Notes under the pieces: generated by a model
The model's input: the letters and a program-made list of their open reading frames with translations, nothing else
What the model was told of the DNA's origin: nothing
Database searches by the model: none
Part shown: positions 17,279 to 27,602 of the stretch, in pieces
How the letters are laid out: every line of letters begins with the position of its first letter
Numbering within the stretch: position 1 is the first letter of the stretch
IMG/VR virus record: IMGVR_UViG_3300034682_000176
Location: 160,811-224,810 of that record
Length of the DNA: 64,000 nucleotides
Direction: 5' to 3' (one strand)
Position numbers and translations under genes: made by a program

Positions 17279-20200
17279 ATGGCCGGAAAGAAAACTAAAA
17301 AGGACGGGGTCGACGAGTTGGATTTTGGTGATCTTGACGATCTGGATATGGATGAGGTCAATTTTGACGATTCCAGTCTTGATGATCCCGACCGCGCTCC
17401 GTCTCGTTCTGAAGTTGCCAAGGACATGGCCAAACAAGCCAGCACAGGCTTTGTGGAATCCATGGCCAAGAAGACAGCAGAAAAGGCACTGCCGCCGGAG
17501 TACGCCAGCAACTATAGCGATGTCATGGACCTGGCAGGATTTGCCACTGACGTCGTGGATCGCAATAAGCAGCAGCTGGACAAATCCATGTTCAAGCTGG
17601 GCAAAGAAGTCAAGAAGCTGTTGCCCATGCAAATTGGGTTGCTGGACAAATACCTCGCCAAAAAGGAAGAGGAGTTTGCCGAGTTCAAACAGCAGTCCGA
17701 AGAAGAGATGCGCAATGCCTCGATTTCTTCGGAGCTCAGCTCGATCTTTGACCAACAGCTCGATATCCAAAAGGCACTGGAAGCTAAGCGTTCTGCAGAG
17801 GGTCGCGTTGAGACCAAAGAGCGCCTGATCGCTACCAAGCTCAATTTGGATGTACTGCGTAGCATCGATGCCAATGTGGCAACCAGTGCTGCGTTTGAGA
17901 CGCAAATCTCCAAGCAGTTCTTCCGCAAGTCGTTGGAGTTGCAGTACAAGTCGTTCTTCGTGCAAGCAGACATGCTGCGCACGATGCGGGACAGCTACAA
18001 GGGCTTTACGCTGTTGTTGACCAACATCGAAAAGAACTCGGCGCTGCCTGACTACGTCAAACTCAAGAACACTGAGCGACTGGCTGACATTGCTCGCACC
18101 AACGCGACACAAGCGGTATATTCCCAATTGTTCAGCCGCAACAAGTACATCCAAACAGTCAAGGACCGTTTAGGGCGTGCTGTCAACGACAAGGTCACAT
18201 CGATCACCGACTCCATGGGAGACATCACTGATGCCCTGTCGATGATGAACGATGGTGGCAAAGGTGCGGGTTTGCGTGCACTGGGTGGTATTGCTGCTGG
18301 TATTGGTGGTGACACTTTGGGTGAGATGGCAGGTACTCGCTTGGGAGGTAAACTGCAAGAGCGCTTGAAGGACAACAAGTATCTCAACACCGGCGCCAAC
18401 TACCTCAAAGCCTTTGCAGCTTCTCCAGCCACGCTGATGCGGTCTTTGCGCGACAAGGCGGCCGAGCGTGAACAAGAAGCGGAAGGCCGTGGCAGCTGGA
18501 GCTCTAAGCTGTACGGCATGGCCCGTGCAGGTTTGGATTTGACAGCCGAAGATCGTCCTAACATCGGTGTCAAACGGGACAATTACCTGGACCACAACCA
18601 GCCAGCCATCTTTGACAACAAGGCGCACCGTTCGATCACGGAAGCCATTCCCATGCTGCTGTCGCGTATCTTGCAAAAGAACAGCGACATGAACCAGATG
18701 TACTACCAGGCTAACCAACACATCGTTAGCCCACCCAACTCACCGTTGCTGATGTACGACTACCAAGGTCGTAAGCTGGACAGCGGCGAAAGCATCAAAG
18801 CCAAACTGCAAGACAGTGTGTTCTCCCAGCGTTCGACCAAGAACCGCACGACGGCCATTGCCTCGAACACGCTGACCAAGTCCAAGGCCAACATCTCCCG
18901 CAATACGGCGATGACCAAGGACCAAAAGAAACAGCTCAACGCCACCTTGAACGCCAAAGGCGCGCAAGACGCATTGGCTGAGTACTACGCCCGAGCATCG
19001 TCGATCAAGGGGATCAACCTCGATCACGACACACTCATCGTCAATGCCGGTAAGAACAAAGACTTGGCGGCCTTGATCAACGCTAACCCTCAACTTGCAA
19101 AGGTCATTGATGTACTTCGCCAAAATTCAGACAAAGACAATTCATACATCGACCAAAGCCTTGCTGACGTCCAGAACCCTTATCCTATCGAGGCGATTAA
19201 AAACCTCTTTACAGATTCCTCGAAACTCACCAGTGCCAAGCAACCTAACCTTGTCACGGACAAAAACGCAAACGCCATCTCCAAAGCGCTGAGTCGTTTC
19301 ATCCTCAACCGTGGTGAAGACATCACGGCCAACAACATCTTGTCGCGGCTGGCATTCAGCTACTTCCGACCTGATGAGTTCAATGAGCAAGTCAAGCAAA
19401 ACATCGCGGTGTTGATCGACGATGTCAAACGCATCACCTCGCACGGCGATATCGTTTTGCAAAGCTCACTGATGGCCTTGTTGGCACTGGTCAACCAGTC
19501 GCTCAAAGCCAACTTCGAGATTGACCCTGCGGTCTTTAGCAATATCCGCGAACTGTACCCCGACTTTGTCAAGCAGTCCCGACTGACCATTGAAAATCTG
19601 GCCGAAGGCAAGATAGATGCTGGTGTCGACGAGTACATGAACTTCATGGACATCAAGGACGCTACCAAGGTGTCTAACCGCGAAGTCGGTTTGATTCGTG
19701 AGCAGGTGTTTGCGACTTCTGGGGTTGATCGCATTCTCTCTCGCGCCAAGAGCAAGGGTGAAGAGTTCAAGAAAGGACTCACAGCGGCCAGCAGTTCTCC
19801 GACAGCCATGGCTGAGTTCCTGCTGCAACAAGCCAAGAGCTTCAAGTCAACGGTCGCCGCCTCGCTGACCAAGACGTCCAATGAAATCCAGCAAGGATTT
19901 ACCAAGCTGGGTAACCACGTCGATACCTTGGTCAAGGAAGGTTCTGCCAAAGCCCTGGGGTTGATGGTCCAAGAACTCTCTGCCCTGGATCAAAAACTGG
20001 AAAACTACATCGTGCTGACACAGAACGATTTGGCCCAGCGTACTGAAGAGCTGCAAAACGCCAAAGACAGCGTGGTTGAAGTCACTACCCAAACCAAGCT
20101 GCAGCGTGCCGCCACCCGTGAACTTGAACTGTTTGTGCGCATGGGGGAGAAGAACCTCAACGCACTGGTCAAGCTGCGCGAGACCGTCCAACGCAACACC

Positions 20201-20362
20201 CAGTCCATCCGCCAGATGGCACAAAACCCAACCACTCCTCCAACCGAAGCTTTGCGCAAAATGGGCACGGCCATCCGTGACGTGTTGGACCAAGCCAAGA
20301 AACAGTTGGCAGAGCTGGAAGCCGCAGGGGCTTCTGAGCGCGCGGCCGCAGTAGCGGCGTGA
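17279..20362 (+). CDS. Large virion tail protein, N-terminal half of a phiKZ gp181-like tape/needle protein
   Basis: Acidic N-terminus, RKSLELQY, ALPDYVK and FD....RSITE.IP blocks, coiled coils; divergent from the gp180-like gene; atggtttga motif at 17242. Confidence 0.7.
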   Translation: MAGKKTKKDGVDELDFGDLDDLDMDEVNFDDSSLDDPDRAPSRSEVAKDMAKQASTGFVESMAKKTAEKALPPEYASNYSDVMDLAGFATDVVDRNKQQLDKSMFKLGKEVKKLLPMQIGLLDKYLAKKEEEFAEFKQQSEEEMRNASISSELSSIFDQQLDIQKALEAKRSAEGRVETKERLIATKLNLDVLRSIDANVATSAAFETQISKQFFRKSLELQYKSFFVQADMLRTMRDSYKGFTLLLTNIEKNSALPDYVKLKNTERLADIARTNATQAVYSQLFSRNKYIQTVKDRLGRAVNDKVTSITDSMGDITDALSMMNDGGKGAGLRALGGIAAGIGGDTLGEMAGTRLGGKLQERLKDNKYLNTGANYLKAFAASPATLMRSLRDKAAEREQEAEGRGSWSSKLYGMARAGLDLTAEDRPNIGVKRDNYLDHNQPAIFDNKAHRSITEAIPMLLSRILQKNSDMNQMYYQANQHIVSPPNSPLLMYDYQGRKLDSGESIKAKLQDSVFSQRSTKNRTTAIASNTLTKSKANISRNTAMTKDQKKQLNATLNAKGAQDALAEYYARASSIKGINLDHDTLIVNAGKNKDLAALINANPQLAKVIDVLRQNSDKDNSYIDQSLADVQNPYPIEAIKNLFTDSSKLTSAKQPNLVTDKNANAISKALSRFILNRGEDITANNILSRLAFSYFRPDEFNEQVKQNIAVLIDDVKRITSHGDIVLQSSLMALLALVNQSLKANFEIDPAVFSNIRELYPDFVKQSRLTIENLAEGKIDAGVDEYMNFMDIKDATKVSNREVGLIREQVFATSGVDRILSRAKSKGEEFKKGLTAASSSPTAMAEFLLQQAKSFKSTVAASLTKTSNEIQQGFTKLGNHVDTLVKEGSAKALGLMVQELSALDQKLENYIVLTQNDLAQRTEELQNAKDSVVEVTTQTKLQRAATRELELFVRMGEKNLNALVKLRETVQRNTQSIRQMAQNPTTPPTEALRKMGTAIRDVLDQAKKQLAELEAAGASERAAAVAA

Positions 20363-20373
20363 TTGTCCTACCC

Positions 20374-20429
20374 TGACCCACCCACCGGTCCCGTAAAGAC
20401 TGGTGGGTGTGGTGGTCTTTTTTCTTTTT
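20374..20429 (+). terminator. Terminator-like hairpin between the two tail genes
   Basis: acccaccggtc...gactggtgggt plus T-tract. Confidence 0.55.
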
Positions 20430-20439
20430 AGGAGAAGGT

Positions 20440-23400
20440 ATGAATCCCGCAGAACTTATCCAGCAATTTCAGAACATCACGACAGGTGCCCTCAAGCAAA
20501 ATGAGAATACCGGAGTGGTCAAGTTTCTGCGCGCAACGGTCAAGACTCTGGAGGGTGTGACCAAGAAGATCGATGGGTTCTTGAAGAGTAAGAACATCGA
20601 TGTCTCGGAACGCTTGAAACAGTTGTCGGAATCGACCACTGGGGCGGCCGATAAAGCGCGCGGTGTCTTGGGCAGTTACAAGGACGAGATCAAAAACAAG
20701 GGCTTTCGTGGTTTCCTCAAGTCCAAAGCAAATGACGTGCAGTCCATGTTGACTGAGAAGTTTGCTTCGGACACAGAAACCAGTGGAGCACCCCCTGACG
20801 ATCAAAACCCCTCCATCATTGCCAAACTCCAGGATTCGATCAACACCCTCACTGACTCGATCGAAAACCTTGCCAAGAAGTCCTTGCCTGCCGGTTTTGC
20901 TGGTGGTGCAGAAGACGTTGGTGTCACCACTTCCCGCAGCTCCAACTCCAGCGATTACGCCGATGCTTTGCGCAAAGCCAAAGAACGTGCCGAAACCCGC
21001 AAGAAAGAGATCGAGCAAGAGAAAGAAGCCGTCCGCAACAAGAACAAACCAGGAGGTGCCAAACAACCCAGTTGGCTCTCTAAGATCTTGGGTGCTGTGG
21101 GGCGTATTGGTCCTTTCATTGTCGGTGGTCTGGGTCGCGTAATTACCGCCGCTATTCCTGCCTTGGTAGGATTGACCGGAAAGATGATGGGTGGTATCCT
21201 GACCCGACTGACCCCTAAGTTGGCAGGATTGATCGCACGAGGTACCAGCAAACTGGTGACTGGTGGTGCCAAGATGGCCGGACGTGGTCTGTGGGGTGCT
21301 GCCAAGTTCGCTGCGACCCGTGCTGCACCCGCTTTGCTGGCTGGAGCCAAAGCCTTGGGTGGTGCCTTGGTGACTACTGTTGGTACAGCGGGTCTGGCCA
21401 TCGGTGGTGCTGTGGTCGGTGCAGGTCTGCTCATCTACGGTGGCTACAAGCTCTACAAGTACCTCAACCGCAACAACGTTGCCAACGATATCTTCGGACA
21501 GCTGACCCGTCTGCGTCTGTTGATGTACGGTTTCAATGACACCAAGAAAGAGCACTACTACCGGCTGATGGAGCTGGAGATGATGATGAAAGACTACGTC
21601 CAGGTCAAAGACGGACGGGTCTCGATGGTCAAGCTCGACACCAAACTCAAAGACAAGGTCAAGGACTTGTTCGAGGTCAAAGCGGACGAAAAGGAAAAGT
21701 ACGCCATCTTGAACACGTGGTTTGCACGCCGATTTATGCCCGCTTTCAAGGCGTTCATGGATGCGTTCATGCCGCTGGGTCCGAACCTGTACCTGGACAA
21801 GATCGACAAGCTGACAAACGACCAAGTGTTGACGTTGGCTTCCAAGTTGATCGCTCCCACTACCATCTACGACATCAAGCAAGTGCCGACGTTTGACGAT
21901 CCGAAAACCACGGTGGTCAAGCAAGAAGTCGACGACATGCTGGCGGCTATCCGCAACAAGGCCAAAACTGGCTCGACCCAACTCAACGGCCAAGATCCAC
22001 AAAAGGTCAAGGAAAACGTAGACAAACAAACTGGCGCTGCTTCGACGATTGCAACTGCCAAGGCCAACCAAATCACCCAAGCAGGTATTCCTAAGGGTGG
22101 TGCGGGTGAATCTACCCCCCAAGCTTCGATGAACCGTTTTGCCCCAGGCGGTGCTAAATCCCTGGCCAAGATGGAAACCCCGAACCAAGAAGGTGAAGTC
22201 CCTGTGCGAGACACACCGGGTCGCCCACCAGTGCCTATCCCTTCTGGAGCACCTTCAGAAGCCACCAAACTCAACGTTGCGCCGGGTAAACTGCAACCGG
22301 GCGACAAGTCGTTGCAAGGCATCACCATTGGTCCTAAGGGGGACAGCAGCCGACTGATGGGTCTGCACCCGAAAGTCTTCTCGCTGTTTACCGGCATGGC
22401 CAAGGAGTTCAACACCCTCACAGGCAAGAACATCACGGTCAACGAATCGTTCCGCACGTACGACGACCAGATGGCTTTGCGCCAGAAGTACCCTGGCAAG
22501 GCTGCCAAACCCGGCAACTCGATCCACGAATTTGGCATGGCGCTGGACGTCAACAGTCCTGAGGCCAACCTGCTTGATGAAATGGGTCTGCTGCGTAAGT
22601 ACGGTTTCACTCGCCCTGTGGGTGGGGAAACATGGCACTTGGAGCCAGCTGGTGTGGCTGTCAACCCTCAAGCCGCTAAGTCCAACCCCCAAGCCCGTGA
22701 GCAAGCCCTGGATTCTTCGCCAGGTCGCGGTGGTGGTGGGTATGGTGCTTCCAAGTCCACACCTCTGGGTAAACGTAACCTGGAACTGCAAGCCAAGTTG
22801 TTTAGCGAAGGCTCGGCCTCTACGGTCGATACGGCTGCTATCAGCGATGGCGTCAAAGACACTCCATCCTTCTCCGGTCCTGGTAATATCCCAGCTGCCT
22901 CGACCTCCAACACCTTTGCTGCCACCAACTCGGGTGGGCAGACATCGCCATCCTCCGGCGGTGGTTATGCGGGGTCGGTCGCTAAGACTTCGACCCAAAA
23001 CTCCTTGAGTCGCTCGGGTGTCAGTGTCACAGCTGCCAACAGTCTGGATACCCCTTCGGCAAAATCTTCCAATGCAAACTTGGACCCCGGTGCTATTGGT
23101 ACCAAAGATCTGTCTCCTGCCCAAGCCGTGCGTAAGGCGGCCAGCGTGGTGGGAATGGACCCTGAAGCCATGGTGACCTTTGCCAAGCTGGAATCCAGCC
23201 TGGACCCTAAAGCCGGTGCTTCGACCAGCTCCGCCAAGGGCTTGTTCCAAATCACCAAACCCACTTGGAACGGACTGCTTCCCAAGGAAGGTCCTAAGTA
23301 CAACGTTCCTGAAAATGCGGACATCTTCGATCCGTACTACAACTCGGTCATTGGTATCTCGTACGCCAAGCAAAATGCCGAGTCGGTGCTGCCGTTGGGT

Positions 23401-24144
23401 CGCCAAGCTGGCTTGCCCGATGAAGTCTCTTTGTACCTGGCTCACCACTTTGGACCTTCGGGTTCTAAGCGCTTGATCCAAGCATACATGAGCAACCCCA
23501 ACCAACCAACCCAAGACGCTGTCTCTAGCTCGACGTTTAGTGCCAACCAAGCAGCTTTGGCTGGCAAGACCGTGGGTCAGTACATCCAAGGCTTGATGAC
23601 CAAGATGGGCAACGCTGCCAATACGCCTGAAACAGCCTACAAGGGCATGAAAGGCTATAACCAAGGTCAGAGTACCAATAGCGAGTCGAACGCCGCTACA
23701 GACGCTTCTGCGGACGTTCAAACGTCCAGCGTGTACACCCCTTCGGCCAAGCCTGTTTCTTTGCCACCACCCGGTGCGCGGATGCAGCGCTCCGAGTTGC
23801 CGACGCCGGCACCAACGACGTCTTACCCAGTCCAACAACCTACTGCACGACCAACGATGCTGCCTCCACAGCCATCGATGACGCAGTCCATGGACCCCAC
23901 CAACGAGATCTTGACCAACCAACTGAGTGTGCTGACTGACATCAAGCGCATCTTGGAAGGCTTTGCGGGTCAGGTACCTCGCTCAGCAGCGACGCCGACG
24001 ACCCCTGTTGTACCCAATGCGACACAGGGCACTCCGGCCGCTACTCCCACTGCACCTGCACAACCCCAATCGCCCATTGCGGCTCCTATGAACCGAACTC
24101 CTAGCAGTTCTTCGGTGAGCATGTCTCGCCGGCAAATGACGTAA
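20440..24144 (+). CDS. Virion-associated peptidoglycan hydrolase: M15/VanY-type Zn peptidase plus SLT lytic transglycosylase (C-terminal half of gp181-like protein)
   Basis: SFRTYDDQ..SIHEFGMALD..ETWH (SxHxxGxAxD/ExxH); KLESS..SSAKGLFQIT..TW..LYLAHHFG (SLT); Gly/Ala hydrophobic segment. Confidence 0.85.
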   Translation: MNPAELIQQFQNITTGALKQNENTGVVKFLRATVKTLEGVTKKIDGFLKSKNIDVSERLKQLSESTTGAADKARGVLGSYKDEIKNKGFRGFLKSKANDVQSMLTEKFASDTETSGAPPDDQNPSIIAKLQDSINTLTDSIENLAKKSLPAGFAGGAEDVGVTTSRSSNSSDYADALRKAKERAETRKKEIEQEKEAVRNKNKPGGAKQPSWLSKILGAVGRIGPFIVGGLGRVITAAIPALVGLTGKMMGGILTRLTPKLAGLIARGTSKLVTGGAKMAGRGLWGAAKFAATRAAPALLAGAKALGGALVTTVGTAGLAIGGAVVGAGLLIYGGYKLYKYLNRNNVANDIFGQLTRLRLLMYGFNDTKKEHYYRLMELEMMMKDYVQVKDGRVSMVKLDTKLKDKVKDLFEVKADEKEKYAILNTWFARRFMPAFKAFMDAFMPLGPNLYLDKIDKLTNDQVLTLASKLIAPTTIYDIKQVPTFDDPKTTVVKQEVDDMLAAIRNKAKTGSTQLNGQDPQKVKENVDKQTGAASTIATAKANQITQAGIPKGGAGESTPQASMNRFAPGGAKSLAKMETPNQEGEVPVRDTPGRPPVPIPSGAPSEATKLNVAPGKLQPGDKSLQGITIGPKGDSSRLMGLHPKVFSLFTGMAKEFNTLTGKNITVNESFRTYDDQMALRQKYPGKAAKPGNSIHEFGMALDVNSPEANLLDEMGLLRKYGFTRPVGGETWHLEPAGVAVNPQAAKSNPQAREQALDSSPGRGGGGYGASKSTPLGKRNLELQAKLFSEGSASTVDTAAISDGVKDTPSFSGPGNIPAASTSNTFAATNSGGQTSPSSGGGYAGSVAKTSTQNSLSRSGVSVTAANSLDTPSAKSSNANLDPGAIGTKDLSPAQAVRKAASVVGMDPEAMVTFAKLESSLDPKAGASTSSAKGLFQITKPTWNGLLPKEGPKYNVPENADIFDPYYNSVIGISYAKQNAESVLPLGRQAGLPDEVSLYLAHHFGPSGSKRLIQAYMSNPNQPTQDAVSSSTFSANQAALAGKTVGQYIQGLMTKMGNAANTPETAYKGMKGYNQGQSTNSESNAATDASADVQTSSVYTPSAKPVSLPPPGARMQRSELPTPAPTTSYPVQQPTARPTMLPPQPSMTQSMDPTNEILTNQLSVLTDIKRILEGFAGQVPRSAATPTTPVVPNATQGTPAATPTAPAQPQSPIAAPMNRTPSSSSVSMSRRQMT

Positions 24145-24191
24145 GTCACGCACCCACCTGCCGCCAGCAATGGACGGCAGGTGGGTGTGCT

Positions 24192-25412
24192 TTAGCTGGT
24201 GAAAGCTGTCAAGACCACGTACAGGTACAAGCCGTTGCGCACGCTTTTGAGTGTGCGATCCGACAGGGAGTCTTTGTGGTGTTTGTAGACCGCCTTGATC
24301 AATTGCTCACCTTCGTTCTTGACACGGTGAACACTGACTTCGGTGCCTCGGGCATACAAGACGTTACCCACAATGGAGTTCATGATGTCCAGCACATTGG
24401 TCTTGCTGTGCAGGTAGACTTCATTGCGCTGCAAGTACTCCATGGCGTTGACCAAGATGTCCTTGAAATGCGCGTGAACGCGGTCGTGGGCCTTGCGGCT
24501 GGAGAACGCAAACTCAAACAGGTGGTCTAGGCATTCATGCATGTCCCGGTACGACAGGTTCGAGAGGATGTCGACCACTACGGTGATGTGGTCTTTCTTG
24601 ATCATCACGGTCTTGTCCGACAGCATGGTGTCCACACGGCCGGTATAGCGCTGCACCGAATCGATGCGGTCTGCCAACTGCATGTTGCCTTCACCGTCCT
24701 TGACCGTGGCTTGCCGAGACTTGATCACTTCATCGCTTTCCAGCATTTCAGTGAACTCGCCGTAGATGTTCTTGATGGTGTCCTTGGTACGGCCAAACAA
24801 GTCGGTGATTGCATTGGGCAGCTCATCGTCACTGTCCATCTTGCGCAACAGCGTCAAGAACTTGCTGTCCAGGTATTCGTCGCTGCGGTACTGGCAGTAT
24901 TCGTTCCAGTTCTTGAGCTTCTTGATGATGTACTTGTTGGACAAGCGCTCGGACATCGAGGTGGCTTTGTCTTCACTGATGGGGTAGATGAAGTACGTGC
25001 TACTGAGCAACACCAAGGTGCGGTAGTTGAAGTAGTTGAGCGCTTCGCGGGCATACGCCATCTGTTGCTTTTCATCCAAATCAGGATTGCTCAAAAAGCG
25101 GTGGGCGATGTAAAAGCACATCAGGTTGACGTCGTCACGGGCAATCTTGAAGTGCTTGGGGATCGAAGAGATCTTTTCGATCTCATCGCTGATGTCGTCA
25201 AACTCCAACCCAAACAGGTTGTTGTAGAAGATGTTCTTGTCGTACTGGGTGTACTTGATGAAGTAGCAACCGATGTTGCGTCCGCTGAACAGTTGCGCGC
25301 GTTCTTCGTTACCGCTGATGTATTCAATGTTGTTTTGCGTCAAACGACGAAACAGCTTGTCGTCAAACTTCACATTGGCAAAGTACGCATCCAACGCTTG
25401 TTTTACCTGCAT
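24192..25412 (-). CDS. Conserved phiKZ-like virion structural protein
   Basis: 406 aa; late-type operon; sequence reminiscent of chimallivirus core proteins. Confidence 0.6.
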   Translation of the reverse strand: MQVKQALDAYFANVKFDDKLFRRLTQNNIEYISGNEERAQLFSGRNIGCYFIKYTQYDKNIFYNNLFGLEFDDISDEIEKISSIPKHFKIARDDVNLMCFYIAHRFLSNPDLDEKQQMAYAREALNYFNYRTLVLLSSTYFIYPISEDKATSMSERLSNKYIIKKLKNWNEYCQYRSDEYLDSKFLTLLRKMDSDDELPNAITDLFGRTKDTIKNIYGEFTEMLESDEVIKSRQATVKDGEGNMQLADRIDSVQRYTGRVDTMLSDKTVMIKKDHITVVVDILSNLSYRDMHECLDHLFEFAFSSRKAHDRVHAHFKDILVNAMEYLQRNEVYLHSKTNVLDIMNSIVGNVLYARGTEVSVHRVKNEGEQLIKAVYKHHKDSLSDRTLKSVRNGLYLYVVLTAFTS

Positions 25413-25427
25413 GGTCGTTCCTTACGC

Positions 25428-25892
25428 TTATGCCAAGGTCTTTTGGACATACTTGACAAAACTGCCAACGGTGTAAAACGTCTTGATCCCTCGGTTTTGC
25501 AAGGTGGTCAAGAACCATTCTTCCTGCGCTGTCTTGAAACCATCGTTCAAGATCAACACGCACTTGGAGCTGCCCAAGCTGGCCAAGGCGTCCACTGGGC
25601 AGCGGTTGATCTCTTCGGTCGAGACCACCTTGGTAGCGCCATCTTGCTGGCCTTCTTTTTTCGCCTGCTCTTCGTCCAACACCCGTTCGGTGATGTCGAT
25701 GTTGGGCATGGCTTTGTACAGGGCCTGGGCCACAATCTTGGAGATCGAGTCCGAGGCACTGATTTCGATCATCTGTGCCTTTTCTTCCGTCTTCTCAGCT
25801 TGTTGGGTAGCCGCTTGGTTGGTGTGGTCACCAGAAACTTGACCTTTGTCTTGGTCAGTGGGTTCGTACTTCTTCAATACAAAAGTCGGCAT
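25428..25892 (-). CDS. Hypothetical (probable virion) protein
   Basis: GGAGAG RBS before ATG 25892; atcgtgtga late motif at 25918-25926. Confidence 0.7.
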   Translation of the reverse strand: MPTFVLKKYEPTDQDKGQVSGDHTNQAATQQAEKTEEKAQMIEISASDSISKIVAQALYKAMPNIDITERVLDEEQAKKEGQQDGATKVVSTEEINRCPVDALASLGSSKCVLILNDGFKTAQEEWFLTTLQNRGIKTFYTVGSFVKYVQKTLA

Positions 25893-25986
25893 ATTCGCTC
25901 TCCGCAGTCTTGGTTGATCACACGATCTTTTTCCCACTCAAATATCCTTACTATGAAGAACTAATTTCTAAGAAGAGGAACACTGT

Positions 25987-26538
25987 ATGCCGCTGTACTA
26001 TACCGGGGTGGGAAGCCGTGAGACACCACCTGAGATCTTGACCGTGATGACGCGGCTGGGTGTCTACCTGGCGCAGCGTGGACTGGTGTTGCGCTCGGGT
26101 GGTGCCGATGGTGCTGATGCGGCATTTGAGGAAGGTTGCGACAAAGTCAACCGCAAACTCAAGCAGATCTTCTTGCCCTGGAACAACTTCAACAAACGCA
26201 CTGACCGTGAGTCTGGGGTGATTGTCAAAGTTGACCCCCATGTGGAAAAGCAGGCAGCCAAGATTGCTGAAGAGATTCACCCTGCTTGGAACACTGCCTT
26301 GACCCAAGGCGCCAAGAAGTTGCACACCCGCAATGTCTTCCAAGTCTTGGGTCCGACCATCAACGAGCCTTCCAACTTTTTGGTCGGTTATGCGACTTTG
26401 GACAAGAACGGCCAGCCCAAAGGCGGCACCCGTACCGCCATCAAACTGGCAGAGAAGTTCAACGTCCGCAACTACAACCTGTTCAAGCAAGAAGACTTGG
26501 ACCGCGTGTTGAAGCTGCTGGAGGATTCCGGCATTTGA
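25987..26538 (+). CDS. SLOG-family (DprA/Smf-like) protein
   Basis: YTGVGSRETP, LRSGGADGAD, GGTRTAI motifs. Confidence 0.8.
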   Translation: MPLYYTGVGSRETPPEILTVMTRLGVYLAQRGLVLRSGGADGADAAFEEGCDKVNRKLKQIFLPWNNFNKRTDRESGVIVKVDPHVEKQAAKIAEEIHPAWNTALTQGAKKLHTRNVFQVLGPTINEPSNFLVGYATLDKNGQPKGGTRTAIKLAEKFNVRNYNLFKQEDLDRVLKLLEDSGI

Positions 26539-26550
26539 ATTCCTGTGGAG

Positions 26551-26560
26551 CACATATATA
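26551..26560 (+). promoter_or_regulatory. Putative early promoter CACATATATA
   Basis: Recurrent motif, upstream of phuZ. Confidence 0.6.
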
Positions 26561-26611
26561 CTCCACGACAACAACCGTTTGTTTTTCTGTAACCCTAAAG
26601 GAGTCTCATCC

Positions 26612-27532
26612 ATGGCCATGACTATTTACGCTTGCGGCGGCGCTGGTATCAACGTCGTCAAGCAAATCAAAGACCTGGACATCAACATCAACTACATCGA
26701 CACCTCGGCCAGCAACCTGAAGGCGGTCAAGAGCGAGAACATCTACCTGGTCGAAGACATGGACGGCGCCGGCAAGAACCGCGTGGTGGCGTACGAAAAC
26801 TTCAAGGGCAATGCTGCCGATGTGTTGGTGCGCTTCAAGCCCTCGGAACAGCTGAACATCGTGATCAGCTCGCTGACCGGCGGCTCTGGTGCCATCCTGG
26901 CATCCCTGATCACCAAGGAACTGGTGGACCAAGGCCACAACACCATCGTCATCGGACTGGACTCGGACGGCTCTTTGATCGAGCTGTCCAATTCGGTCAA
27001 GACCCTGAAGACCTACCGCGCCATCAGCAAGCAGATCAGCAAGCCGATTCCGCTGTACTACGTTAACCAAGCCACACGCTCCGACGCCGACCGCCAAGCC
27101 CTGGGTTTCATCACCCTGATGGCGCTGGTGATCGACAAGAAGCGCACGGCTGAGTTCGACAACTCCGATCTGAACTCGTTCCTGTACTTCGACAAGACCA
27201 CGGTCAACGATCCCTCGGTGTCGGTGATCGAAGTCACCCCCAACGAAGAAATCGTGGCCGAAAAGAACACCTCGGTCGTGGGCACGATCTTTGTGACCAC
27301 TTCCAAGGACACCACGATCAAGCCGGTCAAGCCCGAGTACCTGGCCACCTGTCTGGTGACCGACACCGAGTACCAAAACGAGGACTCGCGCATCAACGCC
27401 GTGCTGGGCAAACTGCCGCTGATCATCAGCTCCCTGGAAGCCGACATCAAGGAACTGGAAGACAGCAAGCGCATCAACCGTGTCAACGACGTCGAAGTCC
27501 TGGACTCCAACGCTGACGGCATCGTGATCTAA
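26612..27532 (+). CDS. phuZ: Phage tubulin PhuZ
   Basis: YACGGAGIN, IDTS..N, DGAGKNR, GGSG tubulin signature, acidic tail DSNADGIVI; strong high-expression codon bias. Confidence 0.93.
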   Translation: MAMTIYACGGAGINVVKQIKDLDININYIDTSASNLKAVKSENIYLVEDMDGAGKNRVVAYENFKGNAADVLVRFKPSEQLNIVISSLTGGSGAILASLITKELVDQGHNTIVIGLDSDGSLIELSNSVKTLKTYRAISKQISKPIPLYYVNQATRSDADRQALGFITLMALVIDKKRTAEFDNSDLNSFLYFDKTTVNDPSVSVIEVTPNEEIVAEKNTSVVGTIFVTTSKDTTIKPVKPEYLATCLVTDTEYQNEDSRINAVLGKLPLIISSLEADIKELEDSKRINRVNDVEVLDSNADGIVI

Positions 27533-27548
27533 ACGCATCGCGTGAGAC

Positions 27549-27584
27549 AGACACCTGGACTTTGGTCCAGGTGTCTTTTTCTTT
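27549..27584 (+). terminator. Intrinsic terminator
   Basis: agacacctggac-tttg-gtccaggtgtct plus T-run. Confidence 0.85.
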
Positions 27585-27602
27585 CCTTTACCAATTAGCA
27601 GT

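Noticed and set aside
20360-20442. Programmed frameshift or readthrough fusing the two tail ORFs
   Set aside because: There is no slippery site before the stop and the second ORF has its own GGAG RBS, so independent initiation is simpler.
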